Shown piece after piece: positions 30,609-41,517 of a stretch of DNA of 64,000 nt. The notes below the pieces were generated by a model. That model had not been told where the DNA came from. It did no database searches and saw nothing but the letters and a program-made list of their open reading frames with translations. Location: IMG/VR virus record IMGVR_UViG_3300035520_000885, positions 1 through 64,000 of that record. The stretch is one strand, 5' to 3'. The DNA comes from a virus (Duplodnaviria; Caudoviricetes). Numbering within the stretch: position 1 is the stretch's first letter; every line of letters begins with the position of its first letter. A program made the position numbers and the translations under genes.

Positions 30609-31649
30609 TCACAATTTCTCTCTCCTCAAACTTATTTGGTCTTTCGGAACCCCACAGTCCTTGCTCTTTGTGTTGTAGTAGACATTGATTTCTTTCATCA
30701 GACAAGTAAATCTTGACAGAGTTCTTCTATAGAAATCTATGGAGGTATCGTCCGTCTTATCATTGTCTGAGAAGATATTGACTGCCACATTATCCCCAAA
30801 AATCCCTAGTCCAACTAGGTGTCTCAATACTCCAGCATAAAATTTCCCACATACTGCAATATTGAGTGTATTCTCGTTGGAGTCATTTACATTGTATGCA
30901 ATAGAGATTGCGTCTATGACTCCTTCTGATAGATTAATTGTAATCTTCTCCTCTGTGAATAAATCAACTTCAGATGTCATGGAATAGAATATCTTCTGTC
31001 CTCTAGCATCCTCTACGATTGGGTATTTATACCATCTCATCTTTTCTCTATCGGTGATATCTCGAAAGAGGATATACGCATTGTTGTTAGAGAGAAACCC
31101 AACATATTTATCTTCTAGTAATCTAGCAAACTGTGGTTTGCATGTGATTGTAGTAAGATTATTTGCTATCAGAAATTCTCTAAGAGATGTGATGATTTTA
31201 ATATCTTTGAGTTCCTGGTCAGAAAAATACTTACCGATTCGATTCTCCACATATCGAATTTTTGGTAAGTCATAATGGTCAGGAAGCTTAAAGTCAAATG
31301 TCAGTTCCTTTACATTTGAATTTGCAGAAGAGAATTTGTCACTTGTCTTATTGAACGTCTTGATGTATTCTAAAGAGTCCATATCAAGATTCAAATCAAG
31401 CATCTCTGCAGTTTCTTTATCAAAGATACCTTCTGCAGGGCACTTGAAACAGTGGTAAACGATTGGCAAGTTATCGTTTGGATTGATGCGAATATAGAAA
31501 TGACCAGTATGAATATTCTTTCTGGAATCTCCGCAGTATGGACATCTCGTATAGTACTGGATATCTGATGCTTTCTTTAGGAAGACATTTCTACTTTTTA
31601 GTGCTTCGATCACTTTCAATTTAAAATCACGATTAGTCAAAATATTCAC
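30609..31649 (-). CDS. DNA primase (T4 gp61/DnaG-like)
   Basis: Zn ribbon 'RCPYCGDS...YHCFKC' and TOPRIM 'SEGVIDA', 'FSDND'. Confidence 0.85.
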   Translation of the reverse strand: MNILTNRDFKLKVIEALKSRNVFLKKASDIQYYTRCPYCGDSRKNIHTGHFYIRINPNDNLPIVYHCFKCPAEGIFDKETAEMLDLNLDMDSLEYIKTFNKTSDKFSSANSNVKELTFDFKLPDHYDLPKIRYVENRIGKYFSDQELKDIKIITSLREFLIANNLTTITCKPQFARLLEDKYVGFLSNNNAYILFRDITDREKMRWYKYPIVEDARGQKIFYSMTSEVDLFTEEKITINLSEGVIDAISIAYNVNDSNENTLNIAVCGKFYAGVLRHLVGLGIFGDNVAVNIFSDNDKTDDTSIDFYRRTLSRFTCLMKEINVYYNTKSKDCGVPKDQISLRREKL

Positions 31650-31675
31650 CTCCTCTCTTATGAGTTATGATATTC

Positions 31676-31996
31676 TCACACGATTTCCTCAGCAAGGCCA
31701 GCTTCAAGAAGTTGTTTACGTTTTCTCTTAGCTTCATCCGTATAGAGGAATCTTCTATTCCAAATCCAGTTAAAGATTTCAAATATAACAGGACGGCATC
31801 GTGCCAACCACCACACTGCTAATGGTTTATCTGTGATGTGGGAATTCATGATATGTGCAATGACCTCTCCTTTATCAGTGCGCTCCATATAATGAATCAA
31901 TCTGAGCCCTGTGAAAAACTGACATAGTGCTATCTGGTTATCCGTAAATGCAATCATTTGAAAATAACAATCTTTCATTCTATCAACTCCATTCAT
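31676..31996 (-). CDS. Hypothetical protein
   Basis: 106-aa ORF co-oriented with the primase gene. Confidence 0.5.
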   Translation of the reverse strand: MNGVDRMKDCYFQMIAFTDNQIALCQFFTGLRLIHYMERTDKGEVIAHIMNSHITDKPLAVWWLARCRPVIFEIFNWIWNRRFLYTDEAKRKRKQLLEAGLAEEIV

Positions 31997-32098
31997 AGTA
32001 TATTTGGCACTTAAAGAAAAGTAAGGTGGAATTTACAAGCGTATTCAGAGAAAAAAGAAAGTGATACAGATATTTCACTGTATCACTTTCTTCTATGC

Positions 32099-34126
32099 TT
32101 ATTTCTTGTCTCTCTTTGCAAACTTAACTTTCTTCTCAGTCATGTCTGCATTATCGACGAACCACTGATGACAATCAAACTCACCTTTCAATTTCTTATA
32201 AGAGCCATCATCATCCATGCGGAAGGAATTTGCTCTATCCTCTTTAAAGACCTTGATGATATTTGCAAGCTTTCGAGTACACTCCTGCGTATTGATATTC
32301 AGGAGAATCTCAATTCGTCTATCCAAATTTCTAGTCAGAAGATCTGCCGATGCAATATAATACTCCGGTTTATCATCATTCCTGAAATAATAGATTCTGG
32401 AATGTTCCAAGAACCTACCAACAATGGACTTGACATACAGATTCTTCTTAGCCACAAGAGAACAGATTCCTCTACAGATGATATAGACTTCAACGCCTTT
32501 ATCTGCAGCCTCATAGAGCTTGTTGATAATCTCTGGGTCATTGATGGAATTCAGCTTCAGGAATACTTCAGCTTTCTTTCCTTTCTTTGCATACCCAATC
32601 TCGCGGTCGATATTCTTGATGATCTTCTTACGAAGATTTGTAGGAGCATAGAAAACTTTCTGTAACTTCTCATCCGGAGAAGATACACCAGAGAGAATAT
32701 TGAAGATATTGATTAAATCTCCACCGACCTTTTGCCTAGAAGTGAAATACGAAATATCGGTATAGATTTTCGAGGTCTTCTCATTATAATTCCCAGTACC
32801 AACATGGGAATACACAATGGAGCCTTTCTTCTCTGCTCTCACAACCAGACAGAGTTTACAATGAGTTTTCAACCACTCCTTTCCAAATACGAAATTCACT
32901 CCAGCCCGTTTCAGCTTATCCAGGATTTCAATATTCTGTGCTTCATCATTTCTCGCTTTCAGCTCAATCAGAAGACAGACATTCTTTCCTTTCCTAGCTG
33001 CGATACAAAGAGCATCAATAATTGGAGAATCCTCAGACGATACCCTATAAAGAGTTTGCTTAATCGCAATCACCTTCGGGTCCACTGCTGCATGTTCAAT
33101 GAACTTGACTACCATGTCATAGGAGTCATACGGATGCTGAAGAATGATATCCTTCTCCTGAAGAGTTTGGAAGATATTACTCTTCTCCTCAATCGCATTA
33201 TACGGCACAGGAGTGAAATCAGGATAAGAATATCTCTCACTAAGATATCGTTGCTTACTGAATCTGCTATAATCAAGAACCTCCCCGCCCTCAAAAGAAT
33301 GACGGTTCTCGATATTCAAGACGTTGCAGATGATGTGACGCAGACGTTTCGGGAAATCTTTCTGGAACTCAAGGAAGAGTGGTTCAGATGTTGTTCTCTT
33401 ATCCACTGTGTCTCTCATCCGGTCTAAGAAATACGTTGTCTCGTTACCGTTGAAGAAGACACTTTCATCTTTGATGATTCTGAAATGGCCACAGCAGGAA
33501 ATTTCTTTATTCACAAAGAACTTCCCAATGCAATGCATGACGATATCTTCAATCATCACAAGTTTATTCCCGATTTTATACGCTGCGGTCAGATGTTTAT
33601 CAATCGGTACAAAAGTCAAGTTCTCAACCTGACCTTGTTTTACGATTGCGGCTACCACCGCTTGCCCATTCTTAAAAGTTGGGATTTCATTCGTGGAGCC
33701 TAAGCTGATGGGTGTGAGAACTGGAAAGATGATATTTGCAAATATCTTCTTAACGGTGGCTCTCTCCTTCTTATCCAAATCTCTGATTTTGGATACTTTC
33801 AGATTTGCAGCCTCCATCTCTTTTTTGATATCTTTAAAGATATCCACCTGGGCTTCCAAAGAATTCTTAATTTCATTCAAAATCTTCTTTGCCTCAGGAT
33901 TTTCTTCTGCGATTGCTCGAGGATATCGGATAGAGATAAACTCATCAAGATTGGACGACGTGATTCCTAAGAAATTCAGTCGTTCGTTCAAATAGAGTCC
34001 TTTATCACTTGCGCAATAAAGGACTCTATTGTTGAATGCCAACCAAGATAACTCTCTATCCACATACTTACCCTCGATTTTCACAGGTTCTTTCTTAGGT
34101 ACTTCAGTACGGGATTCGGATTTCAT
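32099..34126 (-). CDS. ppk1: Polyphosphate kinase 1
   Basis: 'DRELSWLAFN.RVL', 'SSNLDEF', 'HPYDS', 'KQTLYR', 'ELKAR.DE', 'KTHCK', 'GTGNYN', 'GRFLEHSR', 'SADLLTRNLDRRIE'. Confidence 0.95.
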   Translation of the reverse strand: MKSESRTEVPKKEPVKIEGKYVDRELSWLAFNNRVLYCASDKGLYLNERLNFLGITSSNLDEFISIRYPRAIAEENPEAKKILNEIKNSLEAQVDIFKDIKKEMEAANLKVSKIRDLDKKERATVKKIFANIIFPVLTPISLGSTNEIPTFKNGQAVVAAIVKQGQVENLTFVPIDKHLTAAYKIGNKLVMIEDIVMHCIGKFFVNKEISCCGHFRIIKDESVFFNGNETTYFLDRMRDTVDKRTTSEPLFLEFQKDFPKRLRHIICNVLNIENRHSFEGGEVLDYSRFSKQRYLSERYSYPDFTPVPYNAIEEKSNIFQTLQEKDIILQHPYDSYDMVVKFIEHAAVDPKVIAIKQTLYRVSSEDSPIIDALCIAARKGKNVCLLIELKARNDEAQNIEILDKLKRAGVNFVFGKEWLKTHCKLCLVVRAEKKGSIVYSHVGTGNYNEKTSKIYTDISYFTSRQKVGGDLINIFNILSGVSSPDEKLQKVFYAPTNLRKKIIKNIDREIGYAKKGKKAEVFLKLNSINDPEIINKLYEAADKGVEVYIICRGICSLVAKKNLYVKSIVGRFLEHSRIYYFRNDDKPEYYIASADLLTRNLDRRIEILLNINTQECTRKLANIIKVFKEDRANSFRMDDDGSYKKLKGEFDCHQWFVDNADMTEKKVKFAKRDKK

Positions 34127-34131
34127 TATGG

Positions 34132-34860
34132 TCAGTCCTCTCCATTGGATAATTTGTTATTCCTACTTGTATATACTACATCTTTGAAGAGAGGGTTGAT
34201 TGGATCATTTCCGTTGTCATTCACGGAAACCGTGAAATCAATTCCAAGCAACTCACACCAGATGCAGAAATTCTGGATAGACATCTTCGTGGTGCCAATT
34301 AAAGCACTCTTGATATTGGTCAATCCATACTTCTTAGGCATCCGATGCTTCAGACGGTTGATGTCGATTTGCTTAGAGATGATGACTTGCTTGATGATCT
34401 TCTTCAGAGGGTCATCGTCATCATTGATGATTGGGACAAAAACGCTGGTTGCAGCATTCATATCCCGAATAGCCTCGTCGTTGTAGAGAACCTCATCTCC
34501 CCGCGTACGGTCAACGATGCTATTGATACTCAGGTCATACATCTTCTCTACAGTGAATGCCTCCATAGTGAGAGGATTCAGAGAAGGGTGTAACTCAAGA
34601 GTCTCCTCCGAGATAGTATAAGAACCATTCTCGTCACTCTTACTGCTCTTATGAACATATAAAATCGGAACGTCATTGTGGGCAGGAGTCAAATCCTTCG
34701 AGCAGATGTAAATCTGCATATCTTTAGGGTTAATGTAACCCTTATTATCCAAGTAATTTCCTACCTGTCCAATGTATCCTTGGACAGAGTAGGTGCGATC
34801 TTTAAATTGAAGATAGCATGGAAATTGAATTTCCTCATTCATCTTTCTATCACTCCTCAC
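34132..34860 (-). CDS. Hypothetical protein, possible C-terminal HTH
   Basis: In the ppk1 operon; 'MSIQNFCIWCELLGI' resembles the tail of a Cro/C1 HTH. Confidence 0.5.
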   Translation of the reverse strand: MRSDRKMNEEIQFPCYLQFKDRTYSVQGYIGQVGNYLDNKGYINPKDMQIYICSKDLTPAHNDVPILYVHKSSKSDENGSYTISEETLELHPSLNPLTMEAFTVEKMYDLSINSIVDRTRGDEVLYNDEAIRDMNAATSVFVPIINDDDDPLKKIIKQVIISKQIDINRLKHRMPKKYGLTNIKSALIGTTKMSIQNFCIWCELLGIDFTVSVNDNGNDPINPLFKDVVYTSRNNKLSNGED

Positions 34861-35417
34861 TTTTCATCGGTAATGATCAGAGTTATATCCACAGGGATAA
34901 CATCAATCATGTCGAGGTCGACAATCTTATCTTCGTCACCCTCTTCCTCGATGCCCATGTCGATGTCTTTTCCATCGGCATCAATGAAACGCTTGATGAC
35001 GGTGGTGAAGCCAAAGATTTCTCTAAACATCGCGCAGAACGCAGACTTTTCTCTCTTGGACGCAAATTCATTGGAACCGATAACAAAAACGATTCCGTCC
35101 TTGGTGAAAAGCTTATCGTACGTATCGTACAGATACGACTGTCCCGCAAGCTGATTCAGATTCAGGATAGCGAGACGCATGACTTCACGAATGGTTTTTC
35201 CATTGGAGTCCTTAACGCAGAGAGCGATTCTCCCTGGTTTAGTTTCGGACTGGATGACGTTCCCCTCCTCAAACTCTTCAGCGATGCTCGGAGAAAGGTT
35301 TTCTTTACCAACGGTAAAGAGCTGTGCGAAGCGACCCTTGGTCACCGCACCACGCTTAATCAGATCTTCGAGAGACCCACTGGTCTCCAGGATTTTAACA
35401 AACTCAGGCTGAAACAT
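34857..35417 (-). CDS. Hypothetical protein
   Basis: AGGAGG RBS; overlaps the downstream gene. Confidence 0.6.
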   Translation of the reverse strand: MFQPEFVKILETSGSLEDLIKRGAVTKGRFAQLFTVGKENLSPSIAEEFEEGNVIQSETKPGRIALCVKDSNGKTIREVMRLAILNLNQLAGQSYLYDTYDKLFTKDGIVFVIGSNEFASKREKSAFCAMFREIFGFTTVIKRFIDADGKDIDMGIEEEGDEDKIVDLDMIDVIPVDITLIITDEK

Positions 35418-35497
35418 AATAATTTACCTCCTATGTATCAAAGCAACTTTAAGAGTTGCAATGTGAATTAACTTGGTGTATAGTATTTTATTCATTC

Positions 35498-36010
35498 CTA
35501 TTCATCGGGAATTTCTCTTGGTTTAGGAAAAAATGTATTTCGGAATTTGGTATGAAATACAGCCAGTAAATTGATAGTGGATAGATGGTCTAATGCACCA
35601 TACTCACATCTTTTAAAATATGAGATTCTGGTTAAATACTCAATTGATTCCATATACTTATCCTTCAATTGGTGCTCAGACATTCTCTTCTTCAATTCAC
35701 CCACTTCGTTATCAATGTCATCACACATTGACATCATACCAGAATCCTCGTCTATGGTTGCGACTATCGTCACATTCTCGTCTTTCACATCTGTGGTGAG
35801 TGGAATATTGGAAAGCGCTTTCCTCATATTTAGAGTAGCAAACACTCCAAACTCCAACTCATCCATTTTTTCCTTCTTGACATAGAAGCATTCACGATTC
35901 CTCTGTCTCAGGAAATCATCCCTGAGCTCTTTGTTAATCGTGAATGCATACAAGTCTTTTCGAGTCTTCAGGTATATGAGATAGACCGTGATCATATCAA
36001 GCTCAATCAC
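35498..36010 (-). CDS. Hypothetical protein
   Basis: 170-aa ORF overlapping the upstream ORF. Confidence 0.55.
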   Translation of the reverse strand: MIELDMITVYLIYLKTRKDLYAFTINKELRDDFLRQRNRECFYVKKEKMDELEFGVFATLNMRKALSNIPLTTDVKDENVTIVATIDEDSGMMSMCDDIDNEVGELKKRMSEHQLKDKYMESIEYLTRISYFKRCEYGALDHLSTINLLAVFHTKFRNTFFPKPREIPDE

Positions 36011-36263
36011 CTAATAAGTCACCAAACTTTCCAGACTCAACCATCTCGATATATTTTTCCTTATCGAAGACTTTATCGCCATCGCCTGCACGTAGATGTT
36101 TGACGAGTTTCTTCACTTTCTTGACTGCATGTTCATACTCCTCTTTTGTCAGTCCTTCAATAATCACATAGGACTCGATGACGTTCAGATACGCTTCCAG
36201 ATTGTCTGCCATCGCATCCATGAGTTTACGATTGTACTCCATATGAATTACTCTCCTCTGCAA
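36003..36263 (-). CDS. Hypothetical protein
   Basis: Short ORF; true start probably MEYN after GAGGAG. Confidence 0.55.
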   Translation of the reverse strand: MQRRVIHMEYNRKLMDAMADNLEAYLNVIESYVIIEGLTKEEYEHAVKKVKKLVKHLRAGDGDKVFDKEKYIEMVESGKFGDLLGD

Positions 36264-36362
36264 AAAATAAGCTAAATCTTTATTTTTAAAGCTCTAAATT
36301 ATAATATATTACTACGAATAAAAATTGGCTCATGGTAAACTGTCTTACCATGAGCCAACTTG

Positions 36363-36959
36363 TTACCGACTCATGCAGACGATTTCGCAAGCATGATCGG
36401 ACAGATAATCACTATTGCATCTCGGGTCCAAATTGATGATTTCGAACTTCCCTTTGTATTCACGGGCTAACTGGGTATAGGAACGATAGAAAGTATCGAA
36501 GTTGTCACGCATAGCGATGTACGCTCTGACTTGAGGATACTTCTTCGCAGCCTCCTGAAGTTTCGTCTCATTGTAGACGTCGACTTCTTCAGGGCAGCGA
36601 GCAGCTAACTTTTGAAGATACACTTTCTTAGACTGCCAGACAGGACGATACATCAGAACGGTTACTCCTTTATCCAGGAACCCACGAATGAGAGCTTCGT
36701 GAGAAGGAATCAGGAATACGAGCTTTCCGTTGTTTCCATTCTTTCCGGCTTCTTTCTTGAGTCCCAGAATCTTCTTCTGATATAACTCAACCCAGTTCTC
36801 TCTGTTTTTATCAGTTGAAAGAATCTCCTGTCTAAAGATACTGCTCTCGCAGTCAATGAACCGATTCATTGTCGGGTTAGGGACGCAGCCATACTGCTGC
36901 ACATCTGCAAGATAAGATTTACCAAGGCAAGGCCACACGGAAACGATTTTTGTGTTCAT
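36363..36959 (-). CDS. P-loop kinase-like protein
   Basis: N-terminal 'IVSVWPCLGKSYL' degenerate Walker A, then 'FIDCESS'; AAAGGA RBS. Confidence 0.5.
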   Translation of the reverse strand: MNTKIVSVWPCLGKSYLADVQQYGCVPNPTMNRFIDCESSIFRQEILSTDKNRENWVELYQKKILGLKKEAGKNGNNGKLVFLIPSHEALIRGFLDKGVTVLMYRPVWQSKKVYLQKLAARCPEEVDVYNETKLQEAAKKYPQVRAYIAMRDNFDTFYRSYTQLAREYKGKFEIINLDPRCNSDYLSDHACEIVCMSR

Positions 36960-37151
36960 AAATAATTCATTCCTTTCATATAGTATCTCAGAGATTATTT
37001 TTATGTGAGAATTCATATACTTTTTTATTACATATAAATCTCCAAAATGGGGGTAAAAATGACTTGTGTAGAAACACAAGTCATTTTACCAAATGAGGAG
37101 GAATACCATATAAAAGGAAAGGAGAAAAGAAAGGAAATGAAAAAAGAACGC

Positions 37152-37799
37152 TTACTTCTTATGGAACACGCCCATAACTTTGCTGGCAATCTTGGACAGA
37201 ACGCCGGACTTACTCTTCTTGGCGCGAGCTAAATACTCTTTCACCTTCCGAGTGGCAGGACCATTGTACTTCTTACGAAGCTTGGCCTTAAGAATACGTT
37301 CCATTTTATAGACGGTTTCCAGTTTACGCCACAGAGGATCCTTGTGCTCACGAGCGCAAGCAGCAACGGCAACCTCATACAGCTGAGCCTTCTTCGCATG
37401 TTTATCGAACTTGATAATCGTGCGCTCAGTCAGCAGACCCTCGGCTTCGAGAATCATGGCATCGGTGGACTCGGCAAACTCTTTAATCTCTTCGTCATCC
37501 ATCTCATCTGCAATCAGCAGAGGAGTGGCAATCGCATTCATCGCGTCATCAACGCGCTGGTCTTCCTCAGGAGGCAGTTCATCGACAACCTCAGGCGCAG
37601 GAGTCACAGGAGGGACAGCGGGAGCAGGCTCATCACCACCGGCGGGAACTTCAGGATTGTCAATGTCACCACACTCTTCAGCGGGGGTGTTGGTATCCTT
37701 AGGAAGATCGGTATCTTCAATCCCATCGTCGGTAGCTTCAAATTTACTATTGACAGTGGAGGGCAGAGGCTCCCCAAGCAGTTTCTCAAACATAGACAT
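37152..37799 (-). CDS. Putative virion protein (acidic N-terminus, basic C-terminus)
   Basis: Late promoter motif at 37856-37867; bipartite charge distribution. Confidence 0.45.
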   Translation of the reverse strand: MSMFEKLLGEPLPSTVNSKFEATDDGIEDTDLPKDTNTPAEECGDIDNPEVPAGGDEPAPAVPPVTPAPEVVDELPPEEDQRVDDAMNAIATPLLIADEMDDEEIKEFAESTDAMILEAEGLLTERTIIKFDKHAKKAQLYEVAVAACAREHKDPLWRKLETVYKMERILKAKLRKKYNGPATRKVKEYLARAKKSKSGVLSKIASKVMGVFHKK

Positions 37800-37942
37800 A
37801 GTTGATAAACCATCCTTTCTTAATATGAATTGCATGATTTAAATCTCATATCAATTAACTTAATGTTTTATTAGGAAAAACTAATATCTATATTGATTTT
37901 TACTTTTTGATAAGAAAATTATGAAAGGAGAGAGTCTTTTTT

Positions 37943-40900
37943 ATGGCTGGAGTGAAAATAGACAAAGATTACGCTGTGGAGCACAGCCTATTTTTATCAG
38001 AGTGGAAAGCTCAAATGACAGAAACTCTCTTACGCATGCATCCTGATTGGGATGAAGGACTTATTGAAGAAACTCTCAATGAAGAGATTCGAAATAAAAT
38101 AATGGTTCCGATGGTGGAACTTGATAACAACTTTACAGGAGAGAGAAGACAATCCAATCTTCTGTCCGTATTCGACTGGTCACTAAAGAGAAAGCCAATC
38201 GTAGCGGGAAATGGTACTTTCTACAAGAATCAGCATGAAGCGGTTAATCCTATCGCAGACATGCTTGATGGATTTTTGTCAGAACGTAAAGCGATTAAAA
38301 GACGCATGTTCGACGTTGATGATCCAAATTCAGACCTCTACAAAGATCTGGATCGTGGTTAATTTTGCTGGCCACGTAACCTCTTTAATTGCGGGGACTT
38401 ATCATAATACACAATTACTAAGCTATCATAGCGATATGATAGTGGCGACGGGTAACTCCGAAGGTATAGTAACAAGATTGCGTATGGTATAATCCGCAGC
38501 CAAGACTCTCTACGAGAGTAAGGTTCAACGACTAGGGAAAGGCTATCTATAGATAGAACCGAGTAGGTCCAATCATAGGACGAAATGTAGGTGAGATAAT
38601 ATCAAGAATCCGAAGTGGGGGGCACTTTACAAGTGAAGATATAGTCTACAAGTATTAGGTTTTTTGCAGCAAAACCAAAAAATCCTTGCTAACTCCTATT
38701 ATGGAGCTAGCGGAATGCCACTGTCGGCATTCTATTCTCGATGGTCTGGACCTGCAGTTACAGGTACTGCTCAGAGCATCATTTCTACAACTAAAACCTT
38801 CTTTGAAGGTTTTCTGATGAATAACTACAAGTTCATAGATACAAATGAATGCTTTCATTTTATGAATCTTGTGCTAGAGCAGGACTATGAATTACCTTCG
38901 TGGATAGTTCCTGTGAGTGAGGATGAACTCTATGACCATATCGTCGATTTGTTCATGGATGAAGACCTCAAAGAAAAGAGTCGGAAATTCGTTCGTAAGT
39001 ATGTTAGGAATCTGAATGAGGAAGAGAGAACAAGAATCTTCTATAAGAATCAGATGATGGAATTTACACGGAGGCATCCTCATATCATACGTCTGTATGA
39101 AGACTTGTTTGCGGCAGTTAAAAATTACCCACTTGCGGATAAGGAAGAAGATATTCCTATATCCATGGCTGGTGATTTTACGGGAGAGCCAAAAGAACGA
39201 GTTAAGGCGTACAATGCGTTTGTGAATAAGGAAGGGTTCATCAATCCAAACGATCCTCCTGACTCCATTATCAATATTCTAAAAGAATTGAATGGATACT
39301 ATTCTACCTGTGTCTATATGCCATTCATGGCACTTGACAGAATTTATAGATTGAAGTATTTTTATAGAAAGACCGTTTGTATTGTGGATACTGACTCTAA
39401 TATTCTGGCGCTCGATCCATGGGTAGAGTTCTTTGAGGATGAAGTTCTACAAGGAAAGACGTATGGGAGAACCGATGAAGAAAACCACTTCATCATGGTC
39501 AATAGTCTTGCGTATTTCATCACCTCTGCAGTGTCTGATACATTGGATCAATATGGTAGACACTCCAATATACCTGACGAGTTTAGACCCCGTTTTAATA
39601 TGAAGAATGAGTTTGAAGTAAAGCTCATTAAAAACTTTTCTAATTGCGGGAAACTCTTGATAGACTATATATACCAAACTATAGTAGCAATATTATGGTG
39701 GCAATGGGTAATTCCAAAGGTATGGTAAAAAGTATATAGGTAAAGACAATCCGCAGCCAAGACTCAAAAATTGATTTAAATTCCTACAATATGAAAAATG
39801 AATACAGGAGGAATTTAAATGAAATTCAAAATTATACTTACTGAAAATGGCGAAAAAACTCACTATAAGATTAGTGACACAGGTATCGTTATTGATACAA
39901 ATACGGATACTATTGTGGAGCCATATGTATCACAAACCCGAAAATATAAAGGGGAAACTCTAAAAACGAAATCCCGATATTATGTCATAATTGAATATCC
40001 CGATGGAGAGAAGCATAGAAAGCAGCTAGCGAGATGGATGATGTTATCATTTCACTTTAGGAAAAAATCGGCCAAATACCAAGTTAATCATAAAGATGGT
40101 GACCCATCCAATAATAATTTATATAATCTTGAGTGGGTAACCAGACAAGAAAATATGAAACATGCTGCAGATAGCGATCTTCTTCCATATGGAGAGAATC
40201 ATCATAACTCAAAATACTCTGATGATTTGATTCACTCTATTTGTAAAGATATATCTGCAAAGAAGAGTAGGAAGTCAATAATAAAGAAGTACGGGGTGAA
40301 TGGGCAGCTTATTGATGACATTAGATCTGGGAGATCTCATAAGAAAATCAGTAAGCAGTATATAGATAAAGGGTTTGTGTATAAAAGTTTTGATAAGACA
40401 GAGTCTATCAAGACTGCTAAAAAAATTTGTAAGCTAATTGAGAAAGGCCTTACTAATAATGAAATTGTGCTACGTTTGGGATTGGAAAACGTGTGTCTTC
40501 CAAATGATATACGAAAGCATAGAGTGTATAAGTATATTAGTAAGGACTATAATTTTTGAGTAAGGTTCAACGACTAGGGAAAGGCTGTCTAGAAATAGAT
40601 AGAACTGAGTAGACCCAATTATAGGGTGAAATGTAGGTGAGATAATATCAATAATCCGAAATGGAAAGTATTGCATTTTTTGCAATAAAGATATAGTCTG
40701 TCCTCTATGGAGACATAGAGGTTTTAAAATACGTTTATTTCGACAAACTGGTTATTGGTAAGAAAAAGAAGCGTTACATTTCTCGTATTAAGCTTCGTGA
40801 AGGTAACCGAATGAAACCGTATAAGCCAGACGTAAAGGGCTTCGATTTTATGAAAGCTACTACTTCTCAGGCGGCAAAAGATTACTTCGATGTAATCGTA

Positions 40901-41470
40901 AAGAATAGAATTCTTGAGACCGACCTCCCTGATGTTGCTGGAATTGTCCATGATGTCAGAGAATTTGAGGGAATTCTATACGATAGTATCGACAAAGGTG
41001 AGACCAAGTATCTTCCTTTGGGAAATGCAAAAGAATTGGAAGCATATAAAAATCCGTATTCACAGCAAGGCGTTCGCGGTGCTATGGCATGGAATCTTAT
41101 TTATCCCGATAGAGCTATCCAATTTCCCTCTAAGGTAAGTATGCTGAAGCTGAATATCTTCACTCCTGAAGATGCACTCCCTCTACGTGATGAATATCCC
41201 GAGGTATATGAAACTATCATGACAGGAATCTTCGGTTCTTATATCAAAGAGGTTGCTGAAAAAGGAGTTCAGATTATCTCGATTCCCAGTGGGTATGATA
41301 TTCCGATGTGGTGTCGTCCGTTCATTGACAGACAGACCGTTGTGAATAATATCCTGGGCCAGTTCAAAGGTGTTCTGGATACTTTTGGAATCCAATCTCC
41401 TGAGATTGGCAAGAGTATGAAAACTGTCAATCGCAAGACTAAGAAGTTTACAAATGTGGTGCGGTTCTAA
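37943..41470 (+). CDS. Divergent family-B DNA polymerase: join(37943..38359,38667..39612,40734..41470), 699 aa
   Basis: Splicing restores 'DLDRG|QQNQKILANSYYG' (motif B), 'VDTDSN' (motif C) and 'MKNE-F|YFDKLVIGKKKKRY...VKGFD'. Confidence 0.88.
38360..38666 (+). mobile_element. Group I intron without an endonuclease ORF (DNA polymerase intron 1)
   Basis: P1 CGUGGU/GCCACG, P10 uuuugcug/cagcaaaa, core 'aattgcggg', 'aatccgcagccaag', 'ttcaacgacta', 'gatatagtct'; terminal G. Confidence 0.9.
39613..40733 (+). mobile_element. Group I intron with HNH ORF (DNA polymerase intron 2)
   Basis: P1 AAUGAGU/GCUCAUU, P10 gaaguaaa/uuuauuuc, core nearly identical to intron 1; terminal G. Confidence 0.9.
39819..40559 (+). 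CDS. Intron-encoded HNH homing endonuclease
   Basis: 'QVNHKDGDPSNNNLYNLEWVT..EN..HA' and two C-terminal helical repeats; AGGAGG RBS. Confidence 0.9.
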   Translation: MKFKIILTENGEKTHYKISDTGIVIDTNTDTIVEPYVSQTRKYKGETLKTKSRYYVIIEYPDGEKHRKQLARWMMLSFHFRKKSAKYQVNHKDGDPSNNNLYNLEWVTRQENMKHAADSDLLPYGENHHNSKYSDDLIHSICKDISAKKSRKSIIKKYGVNGQLIDDIRSGRSHKKISKQYIDKGFVYKSFDKTESIKTAKKICKLIEKGLTNNEIVLRLGLENVCLPNDIRKHRVYKYISKDYNF

Positions 41471-41517
41471 GCCGCACCACCACTCTTAAATAAACTTATG
41501 GAAGGAGCACGTAAATA

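Noticed and set aside
38211-38492. 93-aa ORF overlapping DNA polymerase intron 1 as a maturase
   Set aside because: Starts in the exon in another frame, runs through ribozyme core sequence and has no nuclease motif.
37943-41470. DNA polymerase (and the nrdD and beta' fragments) as pseudogenes or evidence of stop-codon recoding
   Set aside because: Group I intron P1/P10 pairings and cores explain every break, and splicing restores the frames. TAA, TAG and TGA all end ordinary genes here.
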